Shown here: positions 11,728-23,990 of the stretch, in pieces
Numbering within the stretch: position 1 is the stretch's first letter
Layout: each line of letters opens with the position of its first letter
DNA from: Arenimonas sp. GDDSR-1
Lineage (GTDB): Bacteria > Pseudomonadota > Gammaproteobacteria > Xanthomonadales > Xanthomonadaceae
Direction: 5' to 3'
Assembly: GCF_025980345.1 (NCBI RefSeq)
Contig: NZ_JAPDUI010000005.1
Location: forward strand, 893-64,892
Length of the DNA stretch: 64,000 bases
Notes under the pieces: model-generated
What the model was told of the DNA's origin: nothing
The model's input: only the letters and a program-made list of their open reading frames with translations
The model's database searches: none
Program-made: the position numbers and the translations under genes

Positions 11728-12723
11728 ATGACGGTAACTGCCCACCAAGTGCTGCGTCCGCGCGGCCCAGTCATTGAACGTAGTAGTGCCCACCGCGCGA
11801 AAGTCGTGATCGAGCCGTTGGAACGCGGCTACGGCCACACCCTCGGCAACGCGCTCCGCCGCGTTCTGCTGTCGTCGATCCCCGGCTTTGCCATCACGGA
11901 AGTCGAAATCGACGGCGTGCTGCATGAATACAGCACCATTGAAGGCCTGCAGGAAGACGTGCTTGAAGTCCTGCTCAACCTCAAGGATGTCGCGCTGCGC
12001 CTCAACGGCGTCGACCACACCAGCCTCACCCTGAGCAAATCGGGCGCAGGGGAAGTGACCGCCGGCGACATCAAGGCCGACCATACGGTCGAAATCCTGA
12101 ACCCGGAGCACGTGATCTGCACCCTGACCAAGGACGCAAGCATCACCATGCGTCTGAAAGTCGAGCGCGGTTTCGGCTACCAGCCGGCCTCGGCCCGTCG
12201 TCGTCCGGATGATGAAACCCGTACTATCGGCCGCCTCGTGCTCGACGCCAGCTTCTCGCCGGTCCGTCGCGTGGCCTACGAAGTCGTTGCTGCCCGTGTT
12301 GAACAGCGCACCGATCTGGACAAGCTGGTTCTCGATATCGAAACCAACGGTACCATCGATGCTGAAGATGCCATCCGCACTGCGGCCGACATCCTGACCG
12401 ATCAGCTGTCGGTGTTCGGAGATTTCACCAAACGCGCCGACCAGGACAAGAAACCGGCTGGCCCGGGTGTCGATCCGGTCCTGTTGCGTCCGATCGATGA
12501 TCTGGAACTGACCGTCCGCTCCGCCAACTGCCTGAAAGCCGAAAACATCTATTACATCGGTGATCTGGTCCAGCGCACGGAAGTCGAACTGCTGAAGGCC
12601 CCGAATCTGGGCAAGAAATCCCTCACCGAGATCAAGGATGTGCTGGCCCAACGCGGCTTCACCCTCGGTCAGAAGCTGGAAAACTGGCCGCCGGCCAGCC
12701 ATCAGCTGGGAATGTTGGGTTAA
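11728..12723 (+). CDS. rpoA: RNA polymerase alpha subunit
   Basis: [45 protein letters not shown]; ATG at 11728 preferred over the upstream GTG. Confidence 0.99.
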   Translation: MTVTAHQVLRPRGPVIERSSAHRAKVVIEPLERGYGHTLGNALRRVLLSSIPGFAITEVEIDGVLHEYSTIEGLQEDVLEVLLNLKDVALRLNGVDHTSLTLSKSGAGEVTAGDIKADHTVEILNPEHVICTLTKDASITMRLKVERGFGYQPASARRRPDDETRTIGRLVLDASFSPVRRVAYEVVAARVEQRTDLDKLVLDIETNGTIDAEDAIRTAADILTDQLSVFGDFTKRADQDKKPAGPGVDPVLLRPIDDLELTVRSANCLKAENIYYIGDLVQRTEVELLKAPNLGKKSLTEIKDVLAQRGFTLGQKLENWPPASHQLGMLG

Positions 12724-12772
12724 TTAAACACAGCGCGGACCGCCGTCCGCGCTCCGATTAGGAATCACGACC

Positions 12773-13156
12773 ATGCGTCACCAAAAATCCGGCCGTAAAT
12801 TCAGCCGCACCAGTGCCCACCGCGAAGCGATGTTCGTCAACATGGCGGCTTCCCTGTTCAAGCACGAACTGATCCGTACCACCTTGCCGAAAGCCAAGGA
12901 ACTCCGCCGCGTGGCCGAACCGCTGATCACCATCGGCAAGATCGATGGCGTCGCCAACCGCCGTCTGGCCATGTCGCGTCTGCGCGACAAGGAAGCCGTC
13001 GGTAAGCTGTTCGTCGAACTCGGTCCGCGCTACAAAGAGCGTCCGGGCGGTTACCTGCGCATCATGAAATGCGGCTTCCGCCCCGGTGACAACGCCCCGA
13101 TGGCGTATGTCGAACTGGTCGATCGTCCGCAAGCTTCCGCTGCAGCCGCTGAATAA
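12773..13156 (+). CDS. rplQ: 50S ribosomal protein L17
   Basis: [28 protein letters not shown]. Confidence 0.99.
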   Translation: MRHQKSGRKFSRTSAHREAMFVNMAASLFKHELIRTTLPKAKELRRVAEPLITIGKIDGVANRRLAMSRLRDKEAVGKLFVELGPRYKERPGGYLRIMKCGFRPGDNAPMAYVELVDRPQASAAAAE

Positions 13157-13173
13157 GCCGAAATTGCTTCAGG

Positions 13174-13203
13174 AAAAGCCCCGGATTCCGGGGCTTTTTT
13201 TTG
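13174..13203 (+). terminator. Rho-independent terminator of the alpha operon
   Basis: AAAAGCCCCGG-ATT-CCGGGGCTTTTTTTT directly after rplQ. Confidence 0.9.
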
Positions 13204-13273
13204 CAAAAGTCTTTGCCAAGCACGGTTAAAAACGGTAGTGTAAATGGAGAAATCCGCTGAAATGAATTCCCCG

Positions 13274-13777
13274 ATGAACCCCCTGAACTGGTCCTACCGC
13301 ACCCTTTACTTCCTCGGCGCCATCGCCTGTTTCGGCGCCATCGGTTATGCCCTGTACGTGCAATACCACATGCTGATGCAGCCGTGTCCGCTGTGCATCC
13401 TGCAGCGTGTGGCTTTCGCCGCCGCCGGCGTGTTCTTCCTCATCGGAGCACTGCATGCCCCTAAATCACGCGCCTGGCGTCGCTTGCACGCTGCACTCGT
13501 GTCATTGTGCGCGCTGGGCGGGTTGTTGATCGCCGGACGCCATGTCGCCATCCAGCTGGCCCCGTCCGATGCCACTGCATTCTGCAGCGGCATGGATCTG
13601 AACTATATGCTCGATGCGATGCCCCTGCGCGATGTGTTGACGACGGTCCTGAAGGGTTCGGGCGAATGCGCCAAGATCGATTGGACCTTCCTCGGATTCA
13701 GCATGCCGATGTGGACGCTTGTGTTGTATGTCGGTGTCATCGCCCTTGCCGTTTATCCCGCCATCCGTAAATCCTGA
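13274..13777 (+). CDS. dsbB: Disulfide bond formation protein DsbB
   Basis: PCPLCILQR motif, second Cys pair (AFC...GECA), membrane helices; start could be 13244, 13262 or 13274. Confidence 0.92.
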   Translation: MNPLNWSYRTLYFLGAIACFGAIGYALYVQYHMLMQPCPLCILQRVAFAAAGVFFLIGALHAPKSRAWRRLHAALVSLCALGGLLIAGRHVAIQLAPSDATAFCSGMDLNYMLDAMPLRDVLTTVLKGSGECAKIDWTFLGFSMPMWTLVLYVGVIALAVYPAIRKS

Positions 13778-13785
13778 GAACTGAA

Positions 13786-15135
13786 ATGCCGAACAATAGT
13801 GCCTGGCGCCCGGCCAGCTGGCGGAATTTCACCGCGCTGCAGCAGCCGAACTATCCCGATGCAGGCGCACTCGCCGCGGTGCAGGCCGAGCTCTCGCAGC
13901 TGCCGCCGTTGGTGACCTCCGCGGAGATCCTTTCGCTCAAGCAGCGCATCGCCGACGCCCAGGAAGGACGCAGTTTCCTGCTTCAGGGCGGCGACTGTGC
14001 CGAGAGTTTTGCCGATTGCGAATCAGGGCTCATTTCCAACCGCCTGAAAGTCCTGCTGCAGATGAGTCTGGTCCTGGTGCATGGCCTTCGCAAGCCGGTG
14101 GTGCGTGTCGGACGCTTCGCCGGCCAATACGCCAAGCCGCGTTCGGCCGATCTCGAAAGCAAAGACGGCATTACCCTGCCGAGTTACCGTGGCGACTTCA
14201 TCAACGCGCCCGAATTCACCGAGTCCGCCCGTTTGCCGGATCCGCGCCGGATGGTCAAAGGGCATGCGCGTTCGGCGATGACCATGAACTTCGTGCGCGC
14301 CCTGATTGACGGCGGATTCGCCGATCTTCATCACCCGGAGTACTGGAATCTCGGATGGGTCACGCAATCGCCGCAGGCGGAACAGTACAACAAGCTGGTG
14401 CAGTCCGTCGGCGATGCCATCCGCTTCATGGAAACCATTTCCGGCGAGCCGGCACACAACGTCAACCGCACCGATTTCTATACTTCGCATGAAGCACTGC
14501 TGCTGCCCTACGAGGAGGCGCTCACCCGCCAGGTGCCGCGTCAGGACGGTTGGTTCAATCTATCAACGCATTTCCCGTGGATCGGCATGCGCACCGCGCA
14601 GCTGGACGGCGCTCACGTCGCCTATTTCCGCGGCATCGCCAATCCGGTCGGCGTCAAGATTTCGGCCGGCGTCACCGATGCGCAGATCGCCGGCCTGTGC
14701 GAAACGCTCAATCCGGAAAACGAACCCGGACGGCTGACGCTGATCCACCGGCTTGGTGCCGGCAACGTCGAAAAAGAACTGCCGCGATTGATCCGTGCCG
14801 TTAAGTCTTCCGGTGCGCGCGTTCTGTGGGTCTGTGATCCGATGCATGGCAATACCGAATCCACCTCCAACGGTTACAAAACCCGGCGCTTCGACAACAT
14901 AAAGGCCGAGCTCGAGCGCAGTTTCGATGTGCATGCGGCCGAAGGCTCGCATCTGGGCGGTGTGCATCTGGAGCTGACCGGCGAAAACGTGACCGAGTGT
15001 CTTGGCGGCGCACGCGATCTGATCGAGGCCGATCTCGAGAGAGCCTACCTGTCCTCGGTCGACCCGCGCCTGAACTACGAACAGTCGCTTGAAATCGCCA
15101 TGTCGATCGTCCACAAGCACGGCAGGCTGTATTAG
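13786..15135 (+). CDS. Class II DAHP synthase
   Basis: LLQGGDCAESF, GRFAGQYAKPRS, WIGMRT, CDPMHGNT, DPRLN. Confidence 0.96.
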   Translation: MPNNSAWRPASWRNFTALQQPNYPDAGALAAVQAELSQLPPLVTSAEILSLKQRIADAQEGRSFLLQGGDCAESFADCESGLISNRLKVLLQMSLVLVHGLRKPVVRVGRFAGQYAKPRSADLESKDGITLPSYRGDFINAPEFTESARLPDPRRMVKGHARSAMTMNFVRALIDGGFADLHHPEYWNLGWVTQSPQAEQYNKLVQSVGDAIRFMETISGEPAHNVNRTDFYTSHEALLLPYEEALTRQVPRQDGWFNLSTHFPWIGMRTAQLDGAHVAYFRGIANPVGVKISAGVTDAQIAGLCETLNPENEPGRLTLIHRLGAGNVEKELPRLIRAVKSSGARVLWVCDPMHGNTESTSNGYKTRRFDNIKAELERSFDVHAAEGSHLGGVHLELTGENVTECLGGARDLIEADLERAYLSSVDPRLNYEQSLEIAMSIVHKHGRLY

Positions 15136-15252
15136 CGTCCCTGCATCATGCATATATAACAAGTGCTTATAAGCGGCTCAGTGATTGTTATTTTACAGAT
15201 GGCCTGAATGGGGCTAGATTCAACATCTCCCCAGACAGATAAGGTCGCCGCC

Positions 15253-16206
15253 ATGATCTACGACTCGATCCTCGCTACCATCGGACGCACGCCCGTTGTC
15301 CGCCTCGGGCGCATCGCGCCGCCCCATGTACACATGCTGGCCAAAGTTGAATTCTTCAACCCCGCCGGCTCGGTCAAGGACCGGCTGGCCTACGCCATCA
15401 TTGTCGATGCCGAAAAACGCGGGACCCTGAAGCCGGGCCAGACCGTCATCGAAGCGACTTCAGGAAATACCGGTGTCGCCCTGGCCATGGTCTGTGCCGC
15501 ACGCGGTTACCCGTTCGTGGCGGTGATGAGCGAAACCTTTTCGATGGAGCGGCGCAAGCTGATCCGTGCCTACGGCGGCAAAGTCATTCTGACCCCAGCC
15601 GCCGAGCGCGGCAGCGGCATGGTGCGCAGGGCACAGGAGCTTGCCGAAAAGCACGGTTGGTTCCTGGCCCGCCAATTCGAGAACCCGGCCAACCCCGCCT
15701 ACCACCGCAACACGACCGCGGCCGAGATCCTGCGCGATTTCGCCGGCGAACGCCTCGATTACTTCGTCAGCGGCTGGGGCACCGGCGGCACCCTGACCGG
15801 GGTCGGCGAAGTGCTGAAAGTGGCCCGGCCCGAAGTGCGAATCGTCACCACCGAGCCTGCCGGCGCTTCGCTGCTGGCCGGCAAGGAATGGCAGCCGCAC
15901 AAGATCCAGGGCTGGACACCGGACTTCGTACCGGCCGTGCTTAACCGGTCCGTACCCGATGACAACATTCCCGTGGATGATGTCACCGCACGCGATACCG
16001 CACGACGCCTGGCGGCCGAGGAGGGACTGTTCGTCGGTATTTCGGCGGGCGCCACTTTTGCAGCGGCCCTGAAGGTGGCGGAATCCGCGCCGGACGGTTC
16101 GGTCATTCTGGCCATGCTGCCGGATACCGGCGAGCGCTATCTGAGCACCTTCCTGTTCGAGGGCGTCAATGAAGGTTCGGATGACGAGTGGCTGGCCGGT
16201 CTTTAA
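15253..16206 (+). CDS. cysK: Cysteine synthase A (PLP-dependent)
   Basis: IGRTPVV, NPAGSVKDR, EATSGNTG, GTGGTLTG, HKIQG, PDTGERYLST. Confidence 0.95.
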   Translation: MIYDSILATIGRTPVVRLGRIAPPHVHMLAKVEFFNPAGSVKDRLAYAIIVDAEKRGTLKPGQTVIEATSGNTGVALAMVCAARGYPFVAVMSETFSMERRKLIRAYGGKVILTPAAERGSGMVRRAQELAEKHGWFLARQFENPANPAYHRNTTAAEILRDFAGERLDYFVSGWGTGGTLTGVGEVLKVARPEVRIVTTEPAGASLLAGKEWQPHKIQGWTPDFVPAVLNRSVPDDNIPVDDVTARDTARRLAAEEGLFVGISAGATFAAALKVAESAPDGSVILAMLPDTGERYLSTFLFEGVNEGSDDEWLAGL

Positions 16207-16215
16207 GGCCGGCAC

Positions 16216-16713
16216 TTACTTCGCCCGGATGGCGGCCTCGACCAGTTTGATGGCCTTTTTCAGATCGTCATCGTTCTTGACCTGGGTCTGTGCGGATATC
16301 CGGCCATCACGGCCGATGATCCACACATTCGGCATGTAATCATCGCCAAAGCTTTCCATGACCTTGCCGGCCTTGTCGACGCCGGACACCATCGACAGAT
16401 CTTTGAGTTCGGCGGTGATTTTGTTGACGGTCTTGGGCTCGTCCTTCACGGCAATTGAAATCACCTGCAGATTGGCCAGTCCAAGCTGCTCCTGCATGTA
16501 TTCCATGGCCGGCAACGACTTGAAGCAGTAATCGCACCAGCTTGCCCAGAAGTGCACCACGGTGATCTTGCCAGTGTAGTCCTGCAGGATGATTTCCTCG
16601 CCGCCCTTGGCGTTCTTGCCAAGCCGGAACGGAGCCGGATCACCGACCGAGAGTTTGGCCTCGCTCAGGCCGGAAAACAGGAGAATCAGCGTGAATGCAA
16701 ACAGGCGTGCCAT
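16216..16713 (-). CDS. TlpA-like thiol:disulfide oxidoreductase, exported
   Basis: FWASWCDYC CxxC motif; N-terminal signal or anchor. Confidence 0.85.
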   Translation of the reverse strand: MARLFAFTLILLFSGLSEAKLSVGDPAPFRLGKNAKGGEEIILQDYTGKITVVHFWASWCDYCFKSLPAMEYMQEQLGLANLQVISIAVKDEPKTVNKITAELKDLSMVSGVDKAGKVMESFGDDYMPNVWIIGRDGRISAQTQVKNDDDLKKAIKLVEAAIRAK

Positions 16714-16794
16714 CGGAAGTCCAGAGTGCCGTGGGAAGTCTCTAATTTAGGCATGACGGCATTGCCGCACAAGTCCCTGCATACGTAGTCAGGA

Positions 16795-17568
16795 TCATGG
16801 TGCTGCCAGCTGCCAGGCCTGACGGGCAATCAGTGCCAGAACGATCACCAGAAACACCGCGCGGACGAAGGCCTGGCCCTTGCGGATAGCCATATGGCTG
16901 CCGATATAGCTGCCGAGCATATTGCCGATCACCAAGGGCAGCGCCAGAACCCATAAGACGAAACCACTCAATAACAGGACCGTCCAGGAGCTGATGTCGG
17001 CCGAGACATTGGCCGCTTTGGATACCGCCGAGGATTTCAGGAAATCCAGGCCAAGGAAGCTGACGAAGGCGAACACCATGATGGTGCCGGTACCCGGACC
17101 GATCAGGCCGTTGTAGAAACCCGTGGCCGCCCCGATTGACAGCGCCGCCACGGATTCATGCTTCGGATGGAAACGGCGTTCTTCCTTCAGTCCGAGGTCC
17201 TTCCGGAACGCCGTGTAGAGGGCAAGAATCACGCATATGGCAAGTACCGTCCATTTCAGCAGGTCCGGATCGAGGCGCTTGGCGAACTGCACGCCGATCG
17301 CAGACGCGGCCATCGCGGCGGCACAAGCCGGGAGGATGATGCGGCGTTCGACGTGGATTTTCCGCAGGTAATTCCAGGCCGCGACCGAAGTGCCCATGAT
17401 CGAACTGGTACGCTGGGTGCCGATGGCCTGCAGGATATTCAGGCCCGGGTGCAGATTGAGCATGGCCGGGGTCAGCACCAGTCCGCCGCCACCGACAATG
17501 CTGTCGATCAGGCCGGCAGCAAAGCCGGCGAGGGCGGTCAGCAACCAGAGTGTGGCATCGATTTCCAT
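16795..17568 (-). CDS. TauE/SafE (TSUP) family membrane transporter
   Basis: AGLIDSIVGGGGLV and GFYNGLIGPGTG repeats; hydrophobic throughout. Confidence 0.9.
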   Translation of the reverse strand: MEIDATLWLLTALAGFAAGLIDSIVGGGGLVLTPAMLNLHPGLNILQAIGTQRTSSIMGTSVAAWNYLRKIHVERRIILPACAAAMAASAIGVQFAKRLDPDLLKWTVLAICVILALYTAFRKDLGLKEERRFHPKHESVAALSIGAATGFYNGLIGPGTGTIMVFAFVSFLGLDFLKSSAVSKAANVSADISSWTVLLLSGFVLWVLALPLVIGNMLGSYIGSHMAIRKGQAFVRAVFLVIVLALIARQAWQLAAP

Positions 17569-17603
17569 GGAATTTTCCGGTGAATCCGCGTTACAGCATA
17601 AAC

Positions 17604-17627
17604 AAAACCCCGCTTGCGCGGGGTTTT
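17604..17627 (-). terminator. Terminator after typA (bidirectional form)
   Basis: AAAACCCCGC-TTGC-GCGGGGTTTT. Confidence 0.85.
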
Positions 17628-17630
17628 CGA

Positions 17631-19457
<1,827 letters not shown>

Positions 19458-19584
19458 AAGGAAGGGCTGCCTGAAGACGGCATATGCGGTAAGTAAGTAA
19501 GCCGACTATTATACCCTGTCAGGGCATGTTAAGGCGATTTATGGCATCCTATTCAACCCTTATTCATTGATTCCGGAGTGTTCC

Positions 19585-20091
19585 ATGTCCGATTTGACCG
19601 CCATTCTGACCACCGACCAGGGCACCATCCGCCTGAAGCTGTTCGCCGACATCGCGCCGCTGACTGTGGCCAATTTCGTCAACCTGATCCAGCGTGGCTA
19701 TTACAACGGCCTGAAATTCCATCGGGTGATTCCGGATTTCATGATCCAAGGCGGTTGCCCGAACGGCATCGGCAACGGCGGCCCGGGCTACCGTTTCGAA
19801 GATGAATGCAGCCCGAAAGCGCGCCATTCGAAAGCCGGCATGCTGTCGATGGCCAACGCCGGTCCCGGCACCAACGGCAGCCAGTTCTTCATTACGCATA
19901 CCGCGACCGATTGGCTGGACGGCAAGCATACGGTGTTCGGTGAAGTGGTTTCCGATGCCGACCAGGCGGTGGTCGATGCCATCCGTCAGGGAGATGTGAT
20001 CCAGTCGGCGGTCGTCGAAGGCGACGCCTCGGTGCTTTTGGCCGCACAGGCCGACCGCATCGCCCAGTGGAACGCCATTCTGAACGGATGA
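19585..20091 (+). CDS. Cyclophilin-type peptidyl-prolyl cis-trans isomerase
   Basis: [40 protein letters not shown]. Confidence 0.97.
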   Translation: MSDLTAILTTDQGTIRLKLFADIAPLTVANFVNLIQRGYYNGLKFHRVIPDFMIQGGCPNGIGNGGPGYRFEDECSPKARHSKAGMLSMANAGPGTNGSQFFITHTATDWLDGKHTVFGEVVSDADQAVVDAIRQGDVIQSAVVEGDASVLLAAQADRIAQWNAILNG

Positions 20092-20113
20092 GTGGTCACG
20101 TAGCCGGATGTTG

Positions 20114-20141
20114 TGAAACGGGCGCCTCGGCGCCCGTTTCA
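20114..20141. terminator. Hairpin between convergent genes (probable bidirectional terminator)
   Basis: TGAAACGGGCGC-CTCG-GCGCCCGTTTCA, 12-bp stem. Confidence 0.8.
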
Positions 20142-20149
20142 TTTCCCGC

Positions 20150-20743
20150 TTACTCGGGAATGAATCCGATGGCGTCGATCAGCCGGTTCACGGCCTGCGC
20201 GTCGCGGCCGTAATAATATTCCTCCGGTGCTTTCCAATACAGCACGGTCAGACGTCCGCCGCGTTCAAAAGCGCCGACACTGCCCAGATAGCGCAGACCC
20301 TCCGGACTGGTCTGCCGGACGTCGAAGCGGATTCCCGCGGTGTCCGAGAAGGTGTGCGGCCTGAAATTGCTGCTGTCGACATCGGCCCAGCCCTGTTCGC
20401 GGATGGCATCCAGAATGACATCACGCAGCTCGTCCGGCCGCATGCCGGCGCGGAACCAGGGCCCGTCCGGCCTTGATTTGCGCTCCTTGGCCAGATGGAA
20501 CACATGCTCACCGGGTTTGGTGTCCGGAATGATATTGAGGCTGTTGAGCCCCGGGCCATCGATGGTCCACAGCTCCTGGCGCGGCAGCTTGATGCGTGAC
20601 CAGTTCAGATCGGTATGGATGGCCATGCCGTAAACATCGGCTGCCGTTCCCGCTTTCTGAAGTCGGCCACCGCTGCTGGCACAGGCCGCCAGCAATGCGA
20701 CCGCAGCGGCCAGTAAAAGGTAACGCATGCTTCTTGCAATCAT
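20150..20743 (-). CDS. Hypothetical lipoprotein
   Basis: Lipobox LLAAC; ATG overlaps the upstream stop (ATGA); no family recognised. Confidence 0.8.
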   Translation of the reverse strand: MIARSMRYLLLAAAVALLAACASSGGRLQKAGTAADVYGMAIHTDLNWSRIKLPRQELWTIDGPGLNSLNIIPDTKPGEHVFHLAKERKSRPDGPWFRAGMRPDELRDVILDAIREQGWADVDSSNFRPHTFSDTAGIRFDVRQTSPEGLRYLGSVGAFERGGRLTVLYWKAPEEYYYGRDAQAVNRLIDAIGFIPE

Positions 20744-21903
20744 GGTTTCGGCTCCAGCCGCGCGATATCCTGCTCGATGAACAGGCGGTCACCAGCATCG
20801 GGTTTCTTGTTGAGGTAGGTTTTCAGGCTGAGCAGGGCTTCCTGGGGTTTGCCGCTGCGTTTCAGCGCGAAGCCGTATTCACGCCAGGCCTCTGCGGGCG
20901 CATTCGAATTGCCGACCGCCCGCGCATACAGCAGATCGGCCTGCGCCAGATCGCCGGTCTTGTTTCGCCGGCGCAGGGCTTCGCCCTGGTAGAAGTCATA
21001 AATCCCCTCCAGTTTCGGGCGAGCGCCGGTCCGCAGATCGCGGATGACCTGGATGCTGGTGTCATACATCCGGCGGCTGAGTTCGGCCTCCAGCCACTTC
21101 TGGAGATAGGGCTCGGTCGCGGCATCGAAGGCTTCCTGGTTGGTTTTGAAGCTGCCGTGGTAGGCGGAAGCCGCAGTCGCCATATCTTCGAGCCGTTCCG
21201 CGGTTTTCGGATGGCTTGCGAAGACCGGGCTGTGTTTTGCGCGGATATTGGCTTTTTCTTCGTTCTGCATGCGTTGCCAGATGCGTACGCCGGCCTGTGG
21301 GTCGTAGCCGAGACCGGTGGCGACGCCGAATCCGATGGCGTCGGCCTCGCGCTCCTTGTCGCGCGAGAACTGCATCATATTGGCCAATCCGGCCATCTGA
21401 GCGATGCCGCCGGCCAATCCGGCGCCGCCGACCCAGGTCAACACACCGAAAGTGGCGAGAAACGCCGTGGTGTCCTTGGCTTTGTCCCAGCTCTGCAGAC
21501 TATGCCGTTGACGGTAGTGGGCGAACTCATGGCCCAGAACCAGCGCCAGCTCGGCTTCATCCTGCATGCGCAGCAACGCGCCTGAGAACACCAGCACCAC
21601 GCCATTGGGTGCCATGGAGGCGTTGAATACCGGCACGTCGATGATGTACAGCCGCAGGTCCTTGCAGTACTCGCCGGTAACCTTGCACAGCACATCCTGC
21701 ACATAGCGGTTGAGCCCGGGATCGGTGACGCGCAGGGGTGAATTGCGGATCTGCAGCTCGGCCTGATCCATGCCATACCAGAGCTCGGCTTCGGTACTTC
21801 CGGGTTGCGGCTTCTCGCCCGGTTTCAGCGCGGGCGGATCCACGGCTTGTGCCGATGGCACAATTGCCAGCAAGGCACAGAGCACGGCGCCGGCGAGTCT
21901 CAC
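20740..21903 (-). CDS. M48 family zinc metalloprotease with C-terminal TPR-like region
   Basis: Signal peptide; NASMAPNG, GHEFAH (HExxH), FSRDKEREAD, SHP motifs; helical TPR-like tail. Confidence 0.88.
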   Translation of the reverse strand: MRLAGAVLCALLAIVPSAQAVDPPALKPGEKPQPGSTEAELWYGMDQAELQIRNSPLRVTDPGLNRYVQDVLCKVTGEYCKDLRLYIIDVPVFNASMAPNGVVLVFSGALLRMQDEAELALVLGHEFAHYRQRHSLQSWDKAKDTTAFLATFGVLTWVGGAGLAGGIAQMAGLANMMQFSRDKEREADAIGFGVATGLGYDPQAGVRIWQRMQNEEKANIRAKHSPVFASHPKTAERLEDMATAASAYHGSFKTNQEAFDAATEPYLQKWLEAELSRRMYDTSIQVIRDLRTGARPKLEGIYDFYQGEALRRRNKTGDLAQADLLYARAVGNSNAPAEAWREYGFALKRSGKPQEALLSLKTYLNKKPDAGDRLFIEQDIARLEPKP

Positions 21904-22655
21904 AAGGGTAAGTCCTTCAGCAGTTGTTTGACCGCGGCCCGCGCACCTTCGGTATCGCGCAGATCACCGCTCTGCTTGACCATCAGGTTGTGCCAGACCA
22001 CGCGTCCGGTGCGCAGATCGACGACGCTGGCCACGCCCACCTGCATGCCGCCGCCGATGTCGACATAGGCCCCCATGGCAGCGCCGGCAATCAAGGCAAA
22101 GGTGCGCAAAGCGGTGCGGCCGGAGCTGGCATAGCTGTCGCGTACGTAGGTGAACAGGGCGTAATCGGCACCGGTCGCTTCCCGGATTTCCTGCACGCCT
22201 TGACCCAGCTGCCAGTCGAGCAACGGTTTGCCGGTCAGCGGATCTTTTTTTGTCGCCAACACACTGCCGGTGGCGGAATACTGGGCGATGCTCATCGCCA
22301 CTTCCTGGTTCAGCCGCAGCACCTGACCGAGACGCGAACCGGGCGCGGTATCGTCAGGGACGTCATACACGCTGATCTGCGGTCCGTTTTCCGCGGCAAG
22401 CAACTGCTTGACCACGGTGGGGTAGTTCGCGCGCGCCGCCGTGGTCCACTCCCGGCGAGGTTCCTGCAGGCCGCCGGCGGTGACTTCGGTCAGCTCGATA
22501 TCCGGTTCGATGATGACCAGGGTTCCCTGGATGCGGATCTGCTCGCCGTTCGTTCCGGCGGCGGTCTTGGCACTGCCCGCGGCATCGGCATGGCCGGCGT
22601 TGGCTAAACCAAAAGCCAGCACCAGCATCCGTGCAGCGCTATTGCGAATCAACAT
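21900..22655 (-). CDS. Hypothetical exported protein
   Basis: Signal peptide; stop overlaps the M48 GTG start; C-terminal ADYALF...VDLRTGRVVW pattern. Confidence 0.75.
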   Translation of the reverse strand: MLIRNSAARMLVLAFGLANAGHADAAGSAKTAAGTNGEQIRIQGTLVIIEPDIELTEVTAGGLQEPRREWTTAARANYPTVVKQLLAAENGPQISVYDVPDDTAPGSRLGQVLRLNQEVAMSIAQYSATGSVLATKKDPLTGKPLLDWQLGQGVQEIREATGADYALFTYVRDSYASSGRTALRTFALIAGAAMGAYVDIGGGMQVGVASVVDLRTGRVVWHNLMVKQSGDLRDTEGARAAVKQLLKDLPL

Positions 22656-22774
22656 GTTATTCCCCGTGGTGACCGGGCCGGCAGGCGCCGGGCGGCGGCA
22701 GCCGGACCGTGTGCGGCCTGTCGTCATGATATGATATGTCACCGATTTTCCACAACAAATTCCGGAACCGCATC

Positions 22775-23974
22775 ATGCCTGCACTCGCCCAGCGCATCGG
22801 CCGCGCCAAACCCTCCGCCATCATGGCCGTTGCCGAAAAGGCGAAAGCCCTGAAAGCGTCCGGCCGCGACATCATCAGCTTTTCCATCGGGGTTCCGAAC
22901 TTCCTGCCCGGACCGCACATCTACGCGGCGGCGGCCGACGCCCTGGCCAAGGATTCCGGCCAGTACGGTTCCAATCGCGGTGCCGATGCGCTGCTGGATG
23001 CTTTCCTGGGGCACATCGAACGCGCCGGATTGTCCGGTTACACCCGCGCCAACATCGCCACCGGCATCGGTGCCAAGCACATTCTCTACAATCTGGCCGA
23101 AGCCCTGCTCGATGAAGGCGATACCATTGCTTTCGCAGTGCCGTACTGGACCACTTACCAGGACATCGCCGATATCCTGAACGCGAAAACACTGCATTTG
23201 AAATGTCCGGCCAGTCAGAATTACAAGATTACGCCGGCGCAGCTGGATGCCGCGTTGCAGCAGAAGCCGAAGGTGTTCCTGTTCAACAACCCGAACAATC
23301 CGACCGGCATGGTTTACAGCAAGGATGAAATCGCGGCGCTGGCCGAGGTATTGGTCAAGTACCCCGATACGTGGATCATTGCCGATGACATCTATCACCG
23401 CATGGTGTTCGACGGTCTGGGTTACCACAACTTCATCCAGTTCCAGCCGGAATTGCGTGAGCGCGTGATTTTCGTCGATTCGCTGTCCAAGACCTACGGC
23501 ATGCCCGGTTGGCGTGTCGGATTCATCGCCGGCCCGGAAAGCGTTGCCAAGGCCATCACCACGCTAAACTCGAACCACATCACCAACATCCCGGAAGTGG
23601 TCACCGCCGCTGCTGTGGCCGCCTTGACCGGTCCGCAGGACGTGCCGACCGAGAAGAATGCCGAATTCCAGCATAAGCGCGACATGGTGATGACGGCCAT
23701 GAATTCGATTCCGGGTCTGGTCTGTCCGCGTCCGCAGGGCGCGTTCTACGTGTTTCCGGATATTTCCTGCGCTTTCGGCAAATCGCATGGCGGCAAAACC
23801 ATCGGCAATGACGTCGATTTCTGCAACGCCCTGCTGGACGCCAAAGGTGTGGCCTGCGTTCCCGGCTCCGCCTTCGGCGAACCGAAATCCTTGCGTATTT
23901 CCTATACCTGCCCGAGCGCGCAGCTGCCGGAAGGCCTGAAGCGTTTCGTCGAATTTTTCACTGAATTGACCTGA
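22775..23974 (+). CDS. Class I/II PLP-dependent aminotransferase (aspartate aminotransferase-like)
   Basis: [32 protein letters not shown]. Confidence 0.92.
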   Translation: MPALAQRIGRAKPSAIMAVAEKAKALKASGRDIISFSIGVPNFLPGPHIYAAAADALAKDSGQYGSNRGADALLDAFLGHIERAGLSGYTRANIATGIGAKHILYNLAEALLDEGDTIAFAVPYWTTYQDIADILNAKTLHLKCPASQNYKITPAQLDAALQQKPKVFLFNNPNNPTGMVYSKDEIAALAEVLVKYPDTWIIADDIYHRMVFDGLGYHNFIQFQPELRERVIFVDSLSKTYGMPGWRVGFIAGPESVAKAITTLNSNHITNIPEVVTAAAVAALTGPQDVPTEKNAEFQHKRDMVMTAMNSIPGLVCPRPQGAFYVFPDISCAFGKSHGGKTIGNDVDFCNALLDAKGVACVPGSAFGEPKSLRISYTCPSAQLPEGLKRFVEFFTELT

Positions 23975-23990
23975 TCCCGGAGAGATCCCC

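Noticed and set aside
295-13132. Numerous minus-strand ORFs across the ribosomal protein cluster
   Set aside because: All are antisense shadows of r-protein, secY and rpoA genes
19488-19501. TAAG tandem repeat upstream of typA
   Set aside because: Only three copies; too short to call a contingency locus
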